Assembly (NCBI GenBank): GCA_041749535.1
Contig: JBGTBE010000042.1
Span: 70,702 to 134,701 of the forward strand
Length of the DNA stretch: 64,000 nucleotides
Source: Cryomorpha sp.
GTDB lineage: Bacteria > Bacteroidota > Bacteroidia > Flavobacteriales_D > Cryomorphaceae
Direction: 5' to 3'
Shown: piece by piece, positions 1 through 10,641 of the stretch
How the letters are laid out: each line of letters starts with the position of its first letter
Numbering within the stretch: the first letter of the stretch is position 1
Notes under the pieces: generated by a model
The model's input: the letters and a program-made list of their open reading frames with translations, nothing else
Told to the model about the DNA's origin: nothing
Databases searched by the model: none
Program-made: the position numbers and the translations under genes

Positions 1-1964
1 GCTGTAGCCCAAGGAGTTAGGGAGAATTGAAATGGCATCAATATTTCCGGGAAAGGAAAAATCCGGATCAAAAACTGTGTTCATACCATTCATATATGAA
101 ATGTAAATGGTGTGTGGATCAAAAGCAGGCCCTCCAGACTCATCGATTCCTGGTGTGAGTGGATCATCCACATCCACACTAAAAAGTACCCCCAGAATAT
201 CTCCGGCGGGATTCACAGATGGGTCGTACATCCTGACGAACTCAAATGCATCGATATCCGTACCCGGAGGAATTCCCAAGTCTGGAGGTAGGATGGCAGG
301 CACCAATACCCCAAGAGCAGGTGACACCCTGTATATTACACCCGGATCGTAAGAAATTCCTGTGGCATCTGTTCCAATAGCCTGATGATCTACTGAGAGA
401 TACCAGTTGTCGCAGGTGGTATTTGCATAGCCAAAGTTCAATGCATCCAAGTCATCATTTTGCGGATCGGGCCCAAGCGGCAATGGGTTGGGCGCAAGGT
501 TCTGGTGTATATCCGTTTCCCTCGCCAGTTTCAGCATTGTGGTTATACCGCCCAATATAGGACTGGACACATACAGCTCAACCACTTCATCGCGCGTAGC
601 ATTTGAGCCATACGTCTCGCCGGTAAAAGCATAAGTGGAATTGGCAGGCACACTGGGGAAAATGTCTGTATAATGTCCGGGACTATCATCATCGAAAGAA
701 ATGTATACATGCCTGGGTCTGTAAACGCATTCGGAAGCTGGCAATGGAAACAGGGGAGGAACTTGTCCCGCAGGAAGGCCTTGTACCAAAAAGTCGATTC
801 TATCCAGGCCATCAAGATTAAGAAAACCAGATTGCACCAATCCAGGAGGCAAGCCGGAGCCAACAGGTGCAGCAGTAAGCGATGGCACTACAGGATCAGG
901 GGGCGTTGGAAAATTATCAGTAGATATATAAAACCCGTCATCAAGTGTTCCATTGGCACCTCCCGGAGGTAAGAGTGGTCCTTGGATCCTGTATGCATCT
1001 GCAGGATCAAAATATTCGGTGCCTGAGGCGAATGGATCACTTAATTCGCTGGCACTGCCAATGTCTACTGAGAAAAAGCTCAGAGCAGGCGGGGTACCAG
1101 AAGGTGGGAAACTGGGAATAATCGGACCTGAGGCAGATAAAGATAGTTGACCAAAAAATGAAGCCCCGTTTCCATCGTATTGTCTAAGGTCGCATGCTGC
1201 ATCCACGTTACAGCATTTGGCTGGGGCGTTTATAGTGGCAGAAACATCAGCTTTTACTACCAGGGTAAATGGTGTACTGGTGGGCACTGCCAACCAACCG
1301 CTCAAAGTCAGATGTCTTGCATTTCCATTGCCAGGAGGTGATGAGAATGCTGTTGGAAATCCACCTACTTGCATCATATCAACACCATTGATAGAAAATT
1401 CCGTAACGGTTGCAGTAGCTGGATCTTCGATAACATTCTCGTGTTCCGAATATGCAGCAAACCATCCGGTATAATCATAGTAAAGAGGCACCAAAGTACC
1501 GGGCGGATGAATGCCTGATGGGATCTCCATCTCCAGTTGGTAGTCACCATCGCTTATTCCAAATGCCATATAAGGATTCGCACAAAACGGCTGAGAGAGG
1601 TGCATGGTATTTGCGAATACTTGCCACTGCGCGATTAATTCAGCATTGGATCCCCCATATTCAAAACCAGTTGCAACGTGGCCGGTAGTTTGAAAACAAG
1701 AACCGTCCTGCTTTGAGAGGGTAAGGCAGTACCTTGCAGCCACACTCGTGGGTAATGCAGTTATCACTGGACTGGGATTTAGCGGTCCGGGAGGAGTGAT
1801 GCACATGTCTGCATCGAAGCCTGCTGCACAGCCGTCGTCAGCATGGGAGTTTCCATTGATCACTGCGTTGTCAGATAGTACTGTAATTCCACCGAATGAC
1901 TGCGCAGATAATTGGCAGGCCAGGCATGCCGTGGTCAGAAAGAGTAAAAGTCTAGTTATTTTCA
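1..1964 (-). CDS. Large secreted protein, N-terminal part. The start is at 1964 and the gene runs off the window start.
   Basis: A manual reverse-complement translation from the ATG at 1962-1964 gives MKITRLLLFLTTACLACQLSAQS... with no stop codon before position 1. The ORF track omits it because it has no stop in the window. It has a classic signal peptide and Gly/Pro/Asp-rich repeated motifs. Confidence 0.6.
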
Positions 1965-2275
1965 TGGTTGTTTGTTTTGGTTAATTATTTGGTTATCAAT
2001 ATTAAACCTACATAATTTCGACCAAACTGCCAAGAAACATTCAAACTTTTTCCATACTTAAATTAACGTGGTAGTTGAAGTAAACCAATGTGCAGACTCA
2101 TAAACAATATGCTATGAGGTTTGATGAATGGGTGTATGCTTTCACCGAAAAAATGGGTAGAAATTGGGCTCCAAAAGAAAAAGCGCATGAATGGTGTTAT
2201 AATCCAAAATAATATCTGATCTTTGCGCCCCTAATTAATAACCTGAAGTTTCGCACTTCACAATTTAATGTTCAA

Positions 2276-3034
2276 ATGCCAGTAAAAATCAGATTACAAC
2301 GCCACGGAAAAAAAGGCCATCCTTACTTTCACATTGTGGTAGCCGACGCCCGTTCTCCACGTGATGGAAAATACATTGAGAGGCTCGGGTTTTACAATCC
2401 AAACACCAATCCTGCCACGATCGAAATTGATGTAGATGGAGCGGCAAAATGGCTCAACAACGGTGCCCAGCCAACGGATACCGCAAGAGCAATACTATCC
2501 TATAAAGGGGTGCTTTATAAGAACCACTTAATGAGAGGTGTTGCGAAAGGAGCTTTTACCGAAGAACAGTCTGTTGAGAAATTCAACGCATGGCTGGAAG
2601 AAAAAGCCCTGAAAATTGACAACAAGAAGAAGGGTCTTTCTGAAGCAGCCTCTAAAGCATCTGTGGATCGCCTGAGAGCTGAAACAGAAGTGAATAAAAC
2701 CCGCGCTGCTGCACTTGCCGCCGCCAATGCTCCGGTAGTCGAAGAAGCAGAAGCTCCATCTGAAGAAGTAGCAGTTGAAGAAGCAACAACTACAGAAGCA
2801 CCAGTTGCAGAAGCAACAACTACAGAAGCACCAGTAGCAGAAGCACCAGTAGCAGAAGCACCAGTTGCAGAAGCACCAGTTGCAGAAGCACCAGCTGAAG
2901 ATGTACCGGTTGCAGAAGCACCAGTTGTAGAAGCACCAGTTGTAGAAGCTCCAGCTGAAGAAGCACCCGTTGCAGACGCACCAGCTGAAGAAGCACCAGC
3001 TGCAAAAGATGAATCCAAAGAAGATAAGGCCTGA
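2276..3034 (+). CDS. rpsP: 30S ribosomal protein S16 with a long Ala/Glu/Pro-rich C-terminal extension
   Basis: The N-terminus [42 protein letters not shown] is a canonical S16 sequence. The C-terminal roughly 100 aa is (A/V)PVAEA-type repeats, and rimM follows downstream. Confidence 0.9.
   Translation: MPVKIRLQRHGKKGHPYFHIVVADARSPRDGKYIERLGFYNPNTNPATIEIDVDGAAKWLNNGAQPTDTARAILSYKGVLYKNHLMRGVAKGAFTEEQSVEKFNAWLEEKALKIDNKKKGLSEAASKASVDRLRAETEVNKTRAAALAAANAPVVEEAEAPSEEVAVEEATTTEAPVAEATTTEAPVAEAPVAEAPVAEAPVAEAPAEDVPVAEAPVVEAPVVEAPAEEAPVADAPAEEAPAAKDESKEDKA
2740..3000 (+). repeat. In-frame 15-nt tandem repeats (gcagaagcaccagtt and variants) inside rpsP
   Basis: Repeats of gcaccagttgcagaagca and variants are visible in the sequence. 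They generate the antisense low-complexity ORFs at 2515..3081 and 2820..3005. Confidence 0.8.
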
Positions 3035-3067
3035 TAAGGTTTTAACATACCGGACTTATATGTGATT

Positions 3068-3114
3068 AAATCCCCTGACATTCACCTAATCAGTGACTTG
3101 ACAGGGGATTTTTA
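3068..3114 (+). terminator. Intrinsic terminator or attenuator hairpin between rpsP and rimM
   Basis: aaatcccctg...caggggattt forms a stem of about 9 bp and is followed by a TTTTT run. Confidence 0.5.
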
Positions 3115-3135
3115 GTTAACAGCAATACCACTTTT

Positions 3136-3669
3136 ATGAATATCACCCACAATGATTGTTTCTATCTAGGGCATATCTCTAAAGTTCATGGGTTTAAAGG
3201 CTTGTTGGTTTTCTTTATAGATGCTGACAATCCATGGAACTACGCCAAATTAAAGCAGGTTCTGGTTGAGATTAACGGGCAATTGCACCCGTTCTTCATA
3301 GAGAGAATTGAGATCAAGGAGAAGGGCTTTGCCTATGTAAAACTCGATGGTATTGACAACCGGGATGATGCAACATCCATATCAGGCAAAGAGCTTTATT
3401 TGCCATTGGCAAAATTACCTCCCCTCCCTGATGATCAGTATTATCTTCATGAACTAGAAGGCATGAGGGTTGTTGACGATGTGCATGGTGATGTTGGGAA
3501 GGTGGAAAAGGTATTCGATTACGCACAGAATACCTTATTGCAGGTGTTCAATGACTCGCATGAAGTACTGATACCCTTGAATGAGCAATTTGTGATCAGG
3601 GTTGACAAAGCGAATAAAGTGGTGCACGTGCACATCCCTCAAGAGCTGCTCGAAATGAACCGCTTGTGA
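3136..3669 (+). CDS. rimM: 16S rRNA processing protein RimM
   Basis: Its size (177 aa) and position directly after rpsP fit the conserved rpsP-rimM arrangement. It has PRC-barrel-like C-terminal motifs. Confidence 0.85.
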   Translation: MNITHNDCFYLGHISKVHGFKGLLVFFIDADNPWNYAKLKQVLVEINGQLHPFFIERIEIKEKGFAYVKLDGIDNRDDATSISGKELYLPLAKLPPLPDDQYYLHELEGMRVVDDVHGDVGKVEKVFDYAQNTLLQVFNDSHEVLIPLNEQFVIRVDKANKVVHVHIPQELLEMNRL

Positions 3670-4373
3670 GTCGACCGTTTCGCTTTAAGCAATTCACTAT
3701 AGCGCAAGAGCGCGCTCCTATGAAAGTAGGCACAGACGGTGTACTTCTGGGAGCTTGGTGCAGTGAGCCTGCCGGGAATGAAATCTTGGATATAGGCACA
3801 GGTACTGCATTGATAGCCCTTATGCTCGCTCAAAGGTTTGAGCATGCTTTCATTACAGCCATAGAGCCGAATAATGAAGCGGCAATGGATGCTGAATTGA
3901 ATGTAAAAAATTCTCCATTCCGGAATAGAATTTCAATCGGCAGAGATGATATCAACCATTTCGTTCCATCAATGAAATTCGATCTGATTGTATCAAACCC
4001 ACCTTTTTTCAGCAACAGCCTTTCTGCGCAAAGCGAAGGGCGAAATCAAGCCAGGCATCAGCGCACATTTCTTCCAAAACAATTTGCTGAAGCATCAAGA
4101 TGGCTGAGCAGTAGTGGGACAATTGCTGGTATTTACCCTGTGGATGCCTTTCTGGAATTCGAAAAACACATAGGATCAAGTGGCTTGCACCTGAAACGCA
4201 AAACCATTGTGCAACCTACCCCTTACAAGGCAGCGCATAGGGTACTTTTTGAGTACAGTCTGAAAACCAGTATCCCTGAAATCACGGCACCACTCGTTAT
4301 TGAAGAAAGTGGAAGACATACTTATAGTGAATCATACAGGCAACTGACGGCCGCATTCTACTTGAATATGTAG
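3666..4373 (+). CDS. SAM-dependent N6-adenine methyltransferase, tRNA1(Val) m6A37 TrmN6/YfiC-like
   Basis: It has the SAM-binding motif ILDIGTGTALIALMLA and the NPPF motif (IVSNPPFF) typical of N6-adenine methyltransferases. Its start overlaps the rimM stop by 4 nt. Confidence 0.75.
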   Translation: MSRPFRFKQFTIAQERAPMKVGTDGVLLGAWCSEPAGNEILDIGTGTALIALMLAQRFEHAFITAIEPNNEAAMDAELNVKNSPFRNRISIGRDDINHFVPSMKFDLIVSNPPFFSNSLSAQSEGRNQARHQRTFLPKQFAEASRWLSSSGTIAGIYPVDAFLEFEKHIGSSGLHLKRKTIVQPTPYKAAHRVLFEYSLKTSIPEITAPLVIEESGRHTYSESYRQLTAAFYLNM

Positions 4374-4516
4374 TGTCCTCAGTATTTATCAGAGAATCAC
4401 CCGGCCGATAAGGTTGTTTAATTGACACCTTATTCTTGGTATCTCGTAGAATACCGGGCTTAGTTTATTTACATTTGTTTTATCTTGCGGCGTAATTCAA
4501 GTCCCTCTGTGCACAC

Positions 4517-5308
4517 ATGAGCATCACACTAAAGCCATTTTTGCTACCATTTATAGCCGTTTCCCTATTTATAGCCGGCTGCAATGAAAACGATTCGGAT
4601 GATGATTTCCCTGATCAGACAGGTATTCAGGGCAAGGTACTTGTCCAGAATGAATTTGGACAACCACTTTACGAAGAGAGAAATGGCATAAGTGTACTGC
4701 TCGAAACAGGGTTCAGAAGTTACGACCTTGATGCCGACAATGTGGGCTATTGGCAGGTTGGCGGAGCTCCGGTAGGTTCATATACCATTACTTATAAAAA
4801 AACAGGGTGCGGCACCATCATTGCGCGCAACGTGTTAATCAGCACCACGAGTCCTGTATTTGAAGTGATCGGTGGCTTTCAGCAAATGGCTACCCCAACC
4901 CTCACCAAATTAGCCAATGCTTCTTTCAGCGGATTGAATCTCGACCTTACTACCAATGTAAATGGAGGCACAACTACCTATACCCTTGATGTGAGCGGCA
5001 CCATTATACCAGGACCTCCACCCACTGGACAAGCCAAGGGTTACAGGGTGTTTTTGGCCAGAACGTCCACGGTTTCCAAGGATAATTATGAGTTTCAGCA
5101 GCACGCAACCACAACCACGGCTGCCTTCACAACAACGATTGACAGTTCTGTGCTTTCGGAACTCAATGTGGTGCCCGGACAGACCTTGTACGTAGCTGTT
5201 TATGGAGATTCGAATTTTGATTTCAGCCAGGAAAGACCCAATGGTTCGTTTGCCTTTCCAAACCTAAGCATCGAGCCCTCTGCAGCAATTTCAGTAGTGC
5301 TTCCTTAA
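4517..5308 (+). CDS. Hypothetical lipoprotein
   Basis: A signal peptide with lipobox (LFIAGC) is present. The body is Thr/Gly-rich and predicted beta-rich, with no recognisable catalytic motif. Confidence 0.55.
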   Translation: MSITLKPFLLPFIAVSLFIAGCNENDSDDDFPDQTGIQGKVLVQNEFGQPLYEERNGISVLLETGFRSYDLDADNVGYWQVGGAPVGSYTITYKKTGCGTIIARNVLISTTSPVFEVIGGFQQMATPTLTKLANASFSGLNLDLTTNVNGGTTTYTLDVSGTIIPGPPPTGQAKGYRVFLARTSTVSKDNYEFQQHATTTTAAFTTTIDSSVLSELNVVPGQTLYVAVYGDSNFDFSQERPNGSFAFPNLSIEPSAAISVVLP

Positions 5309-6666
5309 CTCTTCCTGACGCTCGTGTGTACCTCACTTTCGGTGAACTTGATTCCGTAGGTTTCTAACTCATCGAGTATTGGGTTGTAGATCTCTGCTGA
5401 CATGGGCATATGAACACCTGCTTTTGCATATTTTCCGGTAAGAATCATTTTTGCGGCAATGGCAACGGGTAGACCTACGGTTTTGGCCATAGCCGTGCGT
5501 GGCTGTTCTTCGCCAATAACCACCAAGCTGCTGTGCCATTCGCGCTCATCCATTTCTCCCGGCTCACGTGTAAGCATCTTGTGCCACATCACAATCATAT
5601 CCTTGTCATCAGGAGCAAGTGTCCATTTCTTCTCGAGGATCTGTTGTAAAATTCTAGCGGGCGATGCATCATCGGGTAAGCCTATGGGCGTGTCGTCAAA
5701 AATTCCGAGCCACACCAACTTATCAATAATCTCACTGTCCTGGTCCATTTTCATGTAGTGCATGAGTTTTAGCTCTACGCTGTCAGAAGGATGGTATTTT
5801 AGAAAGCTGTTTGTAAATTGTCTGTGCGTCATGGTGCTGCTTCCCTCCAACAGGAAGGAGTCATCCGTCATTCCGAGCTGAATGAACACATCCCATGCCC
5901 TGCAAAACCCTACCCTTCTCAAAGTGCCTCTATAAATGGTGGGTACTCCTTTGAGACCGTACATGTCGCGGTAGTTCAAGGAATCGCGGTTTGCATATCC
6001 TTCAAACTTTCCGTATCCCGGTATTTCTATGATTTCTGTTCTCCTGAAGAGTTTGTGGTATGGTATGTATTTGAACTGCCCGTTGTGTTTGAATTTCACA
6101 GTTCCTCCCTGCCCTGCAAGTACCACATTCCGAGGGTTCCATGTGAACTTATAATTCCAGGGATTGTCATCACTTTCGGGAGCAATAAGCCCTCCGGTGA
6201 AGCTCTCATACCAAGTAATCTCTGCGCCTCGCGCGCGGGCATTGTCCAGAAGTCTCATTGCCGACATGTGATCGATCCCGGGGTCTACGCCCAATTCATT
6301 CATGAAAACTATACCTGCACGCTCTACATCGCTCGCCATCTGTTTCATCTCAGCTGAGATATAACTCGGAGTGATGAGGTTCTTCTTAAACCTGAGGCAA
6401 TCACGCGCAATGTCCAGATGCATAAACGCAGGTAGCATGCTTATTACAAGATCAGCCTGAGAAATGAGCTCAGCGCGCCGTGAAGAATCTGCGGCATCAA
6501 AGCGCACCACTTCAGTACAACTGTGATCTCCTGCCAATTGCTTTGCAGCTTGAGGATTTGCGTCTGCGATGGTAAGTTCTAAATCGAGCGCTGCTGCGTG
6601 TTCTATTAAGTATTCTATCAGAGCTACGGATGACCTGCCGGCCCCCACGAGTAATATCTTTTTCAT
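5305..6666 (-). CDS. Saccharopine dehydrogenase family oxidoreductase
   Basis: An N-terminal Rossmann motif (MKKILLVGAGRSSVA) is present. The length (453 aa) and the conserved central/C-terminal blocks (GVDPGIDHM, TWNPRNVV) fit this family. Confidence 0.8.
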   Translation of the reverse strand: MKKILLVGAGRSSVALIEYLIEHAAALDLELTIADANPQAAKQLAGDHSCTEVVRFDAADSSRRAELISQADLVISMLPAFMHLDIARDCLRFKKNLITPSYISAEMKQMASDVERAGIVFMNELGVDPGIDHMSAMRLLDNARARGAEITWYESFTGGLIAPESDDNPWNYKFTWNPRNVVLAGQGGTVKFKHNGQFKYIPYHKLFRRTEIIEIPGYGKFEGYANRDSLNYRDMYGLKGVPTIYRGTLRRVGFCRAWDVFIQLGMTDDSFLLEGSSTMTHRQFTNSFLKYHPSDSVELKLMHYMKMDQDSEIIDKLVWLGIFDDTPIGLPDDASPARILQQILEKKWTLAPDDKDMIVMWHKMLTREPGEMDEREWHSSLVVIGEEQPRTAMAKTVGLPVAIAAKMILTGKYAKAGVHMPMSAEIYNPILDELETYGIKFTESEVHTSVRKS

Positions 6667-6835
6667 AGCTGTTGGCTATTTTGCCTTGGCGAAGGTAAAA
6701 TTCTTCATTTCTGAAAAAGAAATATAACCTTAATTATTTTCGAACAGTATAGTATTGGCAACAAGGCTCAAAAGCTTTTGGCATATCCCTTGTAAGCATG
6801 CAAATCATCATTTACATTCGTTTAACTAAACAACT

Positions 6836-7819
6836 ATGAGAAATTTTATCATCTCCGTTTTATCTGCTTGTTTTTTAGCATCTTGCATTATCGCAAATGC
6901 CCAGAACACTTCTCATCTGGAAGTTTTTACTGAAAATGGTGAGTCATTCATACTTACTGTAAATGGTGTGAGAATGAATCAGGAGCCTCAAAGCAATGTA
7001 AAAGCCACCGGTCTTACTGGTGAATACCAAAGAGTTGGAGTCCAGTTCAGCGACCTTAGTCTAGGTACGGTGAGTCAGAATGTAATGACCGTGCCAGGTA
7101 CAGCGCAGCGCGCAGTGGTAAAGCTTATAAAGAAAGGATACGTGCTAAGGCCTTTTGGAGAGCCCATTGCCCTGGCGAGTGAAATTCAAACACCTACAGT
7201 TACCGTTATAGAATCTTCACCTTTGCAGTCATCTCCTACCCACAGAAATGAAAATATCAAGACCGTAGAATCTACCCCCGACCCTAATTTGGTGTTGACC
7301 ACAGTCACCACTTCTTCCACTGCGAGAAGCGCAGATGAAAACTTGAAAATGGACATCGTAACGAGAGATGTGAAGGTGGGAATCGATGTACGGGTGATTG
7401 ATGGCGAAGAAGGTACGGCCACCATGGTGCACACCAACGAACCTACAAACAATGTACAACGATGCCAAAGCACAGAAGTACTCACAGCGCAAAGTGAACC
7501 CACTCCTGTTGCAACACCTGTGGACGATTGCAGTGCAATGGCTGCCGCTGAATTTTCAAATTTAAAATCATCTTTGGCTTCGAAAAATTTTGAAGACAGC
7601 AAAACCACAACGGCTAAACAAGTGCTTCGAAATACATGCATGAGCGCAAGTCAGATAGTGGAAATAGTTAATTTGCTCACCTACGAGGAGAGTAAACTCG
7701 ATTTCGCGAAAGCGGCATACACGCGCTGTTCTGACCCACAAAACTACTGGAAGCTCAATGATGCTTTTACCTTTGAAACATCCATAGACGAACTCAACGA
7801 ATTCCTTGAAACTAAGTAA
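6836..7819 (+). CDS. Secreted protein with a C-terminal DUF4476-like domain
   Basis: It has a signal peptide (ANAQ cleavage site), a Thr/Ser/Pro/Val-rich linker, and a C-terminal block (FEDSKTTTAKQV...KLDFAKAAY...NYWKLNDAFTFETSIDEL) that matches my memory of DUF4476. It is the first gene of an overlapping four-gene operon. Confidence 0.55.
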   Translation: MRNFIISVLSACFLASCIIANAQNTSHLEVFTENGESFILTVNGVRMNQEPQSNVKATGLTGEYQRVGVQFSDLSLGTVSQNVMTVPGTAQRAVVKLIKKGYVLRPFGEPIALASEIQTPTVTVIESSPLQSSPTHRNENIKTVESTPDPNLVLTTVTTSSTARSADENLKMDIVTRDVKVGIDVRVIDGEEGTATMVHTNEPTNNVQRCQSTEVLTAQSEPTPVATPVDDCSAMAAAEFSNLKSSLASKNFEDSKTTTAKQVLRNTCMSASQIVEIVNLLTYEESKLDFAKAAYTRCSDPQNYWKLNDAFTFETSIDELNEFLETK

Positions 7820-9212
7820 TTACATATTTGCTCCTTCTGCTTCAGCTATGCTGCAACGCAGTGTTCTAGCGTTGTTTGTTGTGTTGCTGCTCGGCGCCTG
7901 CAACGGGTCTAAGTCACTCTATAAACGTGGCAATCAACTCCAACAAGCCGGACTTCACGAGGATGCAGCTGAGTACTACTACAATTCACTGATGCGCAAT
8001 AGGAACAATATTGATGCGCGCATAGCACTTACCGAGGCGGGGCAGCGGTCTTTGAACAATAAACTCGATGAATTCTCTCGAGCCCGCGCAATGGGCGACC
8101 ATCAAAAAGCGGTGAGCAATTTCGAAAGAGCCCAGGCATATAGCCAGAAAGTGGCAAAGCTGGGGGTGAATCTCACCATTCCCGACTATATGGAGCAGGA
8201 TTTTACTGCAAGCAAAGAGGTCGTGATAAAAGATTTGTATGAGAAAGGCAACCAGCTCATGGCTGAAAAACGCTTTGATGAAGCAAATGCAACCTTTAAG
8301 GAAATAGCCAGACTGAACCCTGATTACAAAGACATTAAAGATTTGAAGCGAATTTCGCGCAATGAACCTCTCTATATAGCTGCAACAGGCTACTTTGATT
8401 CCAGGGCTTACCGAAAAGCTTATTATGAATTTGAAAAGATATACAGCGATGATCCAAATTACAAGGACATCGGACTGCTTCGCGAAGAATGCTTGAATCT
8501 GGGGAGATATCCGGTGGCTGTGCTGCCATTTGAGAATGCCACAGGTATAAAAGGTGTCGAAAAGCGGGTGCAGGCATTTGTAATGAATGAGCTCTCCAAT
8601 CTAAACGATCCGTTTCTGCGCATTGTGGAGAGGGACAATATGGACATCATTCTCAAAGAACAGCGACTAAGTTTAAGCGGTGTGGTAGATGAGGGAAGCG
8701 CTGCCCAAGTTGGCAATTTGCTGGGTGCAAAAGCAATTATATCGGGCAATTTGCTCAGCTACAAAACCACTACCGGCAAGATGCGCACAGTGGAGAAAAA
8801 CGGATTTGAATCATACACTGTAAAACTATACAATAGCGCAGAGGACAAGCACTATTTCGAAACGAGATACAAACCAGTGAAATACCGTGAGCATTCTAAT
8901 AAAAATGACGTATCAGTTTCATTTCAGTACCGGGTTGTTTCACTAGAATCAGGCGAAGTACTCTTTTCGCGCATTGTAGAACGCAACATAGAGAGCACAG
9001 TATATTTTGCAACTTATGATGGAGAAGCCTCAAATCTTTTTCCCATGTCTCAGCAGGGCACTGTAGGAACTTCAAGAGATAAAAATGTGTTGCTATCAAT
9101 GCTCAGGGCAAACCGGGAAATCAAATCTATCGATGAACTTTCGGGTGTTGCATTTATGCAAATTGCCACAGAATTGACCCAGGAACTGACTTCAAAATTG
9201 GCGAGCGAATGA
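7806..9212 (+). CDS. Lipoprotein with TPR repeats and a CsgG/LpoB/FlgO-like alpha/beta domain
   Basis: It has the lipobox LLLGAC, and the likely true start is the internal Met near 7848. TPR-like helices sit at the N-terminus. The block VAVLPFENATG...RIVERDNMDIILKEQRLSLSG...GNLLGAKAIISGNLLSY is the hallmark of the CsgG/LpoB/TolB-N fold. Its start overlaps the upstream stop. Confidence 0.6.
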   Translation: MKLSNYIFAPSASAMLQRSVLALFVVLLLGACNGSKSLYKRGNQLQQAGLHEDAAEYYYNSLMRNRNNIDARIALTEAGQRSLNNKLDEFSRARAMGDHQKAVSNFERAQAYSQKVAKLGVNLTIPDYMEQDFTASKEVVIKDLYEKGNQLMAEKRFDEANATFKEIARLNPDYKDIKDLKRISRNEPLYIAATGYFDSRAYRKAYYEFEKIYSDDPNYKDIGLLREECLNLGRYPVAVLPFENATGIKGVEKRVQAFVMNELSNLNDPFLRIVERDNMDIILKEQRLSLSGVVDEGSAAQVGNLLGAKAIISGNLLSYKTTTGKMRTVEKNGFESYTVKLYNSAEDKHYFETRYKPVKYREHSNKNDVSVSFQYRVVSLESGEVLFSRIVERNIESTVYFATYDGEASNLFPMSQQGTVGTSRDKNVLLSMLRANREIKSIDELSGVAFMQIATELTQELTSKLASE

Positions 9213-10579
9213 AGTTCTTTTACCTCAACATTATAGTATTGCTCGCTCTATTCTCTGCCTGTAAAAGCAAAGAGAAAACCGTTGAAACTTCGTATCCCCC
9301 ACCACCGGGTTGGGTAACATCAAGGCCCATATCCAGCATGCATTATGTTGGGATTGGCGTCGCGCAAAAGGCCCCTGCGAGCAATTTTCAAAAGGCTGCA
9401 CGCGACAATGCACTCAGCGATCTCGCTTCTGAAATCAAAGTGAATGTAAACACAAATTCCCTTCTCTATACTTTGGAGCGCGACTACAAAATAGAACAGG
9501 AATTTAAAGAAACGATACGCATAAGTTCCAACCTGAATCTCGAAGACTATGAGGCCATGGATTCTTGGGAAGACGCTACAAGCTATTGGGTATATTACAG
9601 GCTCAACAAAGAAGGTTATGCAGAGCAGCAGAGGGAAAAGCAAGTAGGCGCGCAGGAATTGGCCAAGGATTTTTTAGCAAAAGCCCAAAGTGCAGAAGGC
9701 AGCGCACAGTTTTATACTGCGGCAGATTTGTACCTAAAGGGTTTGCAAGCTCTGGAAATGTACTGGGGTGAAAACAATCAGGTAGACTATCAAGGCAGAA
9801 CTATTCTACTAGACAATGAGCTTTTTGAAGGGGCAAGAAGTCTGATAAGCGATAGCAGAATTACCATTGAGAACGACCTTGAATTGAACTATCAGAACAG
9901 GTTCAGAAGCAGTGCTGAAGTGCGCATCACTTCTTACAAAAATGAAATGCCACTTGAAGGTGTTCCGATTGTATACGAGTATTTCGGAAATTACGGCAGG
10001 TTTAAGGGCAAGGCAAGCACCAATGCCGATGGAAGGTGCCTGATTCCCATCGACGAAGCAGACAGAGAGCGGGTATCGAACAGCATTATCGTATCTATAG
10101 ACACCGACCAACTCTTTCAGCCTTTTCAGAACGATCAGTTTATGAAGAAGCTTACCAGCTCGCTTCGTGGTGCTTCTGTTCAAAAACCAATAGTGCATAA
10201 GGCGCCCACAGTTTATATGATTTCGGAGGAGAAGAACCTTGGAAAAGCTACAGATGGGGTCATCTCGGCAGCGATAATGACCTCGCTGGGCAGGCGCGGT
10301 GTGCAATTTGCCACCAACGAGCAAAGCGCTGATCTTTTGATGAGAATTGAGGCCAACACCCGGTCAGGAAACATCAGTCAGGGATTCGCAACCAGTCTCC
10401 TTACCTTAAATATTGGTGTGGTGGATAACAAAACAAAACAAAATGTGTATAAGGTAAGCCGCAGCGACCTCAAAGGAGTAGATTTAGATTATGAAAGAGC
10501 GGGTATGAAGGCTTATCAAAATTACACCCGCAACATAGAATCTGAGCTCATGAGGAAACTTACAAGTGATTTGTTTTAA
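9209..10579 (+). CDS. Lipoprotein with an LPP20 (FlgP-like) N-terminal domain and a CsgG-like C-terminal domain
   Basis: It has the lipobox LFSAC, the LPP20 motif ARDNALSDLASEIKVNV, and a C-terminal block VQFATNEQSADLLMRIEAN...LTLNIGVVDNKTKQNVY that resembles the CsgG-like fold. Its start overlaps the upstream stop by 4 nt. Confidence 0.55.
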   Translation: MKFFYLNIIVLLALFSACKSKEKTVETSYPPPPGWVTSRPISSMHYVGIGVAQKAPASNFQKAARDNALSDLASEIKVNVNTNSLLYTLERDYKIEQEFKETIRISSNLNLEDYEAMDSWEDATSYWVYYRLNKEGYAEQQREKQVGAQELAKDFLAKAQSAEGSAQFYTAADLYLKGLQALEMYWGENNQVDYQGRTILLDNELFEGARSLISDSRITIENDLELNYQNRFRSSAEVRITSYKNEMPLEGVPIVYEYFGNYGRFKGKASTNADGRCLIPIDEADRERVSNSIIVSIDTDQLFQPFQNDQFMKKLTSSLRGASVQKPIVHKAPTVYMISEEKNLGKATDGVISAAIMTSLGRRGVQFATNEQSADLLMRIEANTRSGNISQGFATSLLTLNIGVVDNKTKQNVYKVSRSDLKGVDLDYERAGMKAYQNYTRNIESELMRKLTSDLF

Positions 10580-10641
10580 GCAACTTAATAATTTGGCATA
10601 ATTTCTGAAACCTAAACCCCGAAGACAAAAACAAAAACAAC

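Noticed and set aside
2515-3081. Antisense ORFs of 188 aa and 61 aa inside rpsP
   Set aside because: They are low-complexity mirror translations of the (PVAEA)n tandem repeat, and the sense strand is the conserved S16.
5818-6357. Plus-strand ORF of 179 aa
   Set aside because: It is entirely antisense to the well-supported saccharopine dehydrogenase gene.
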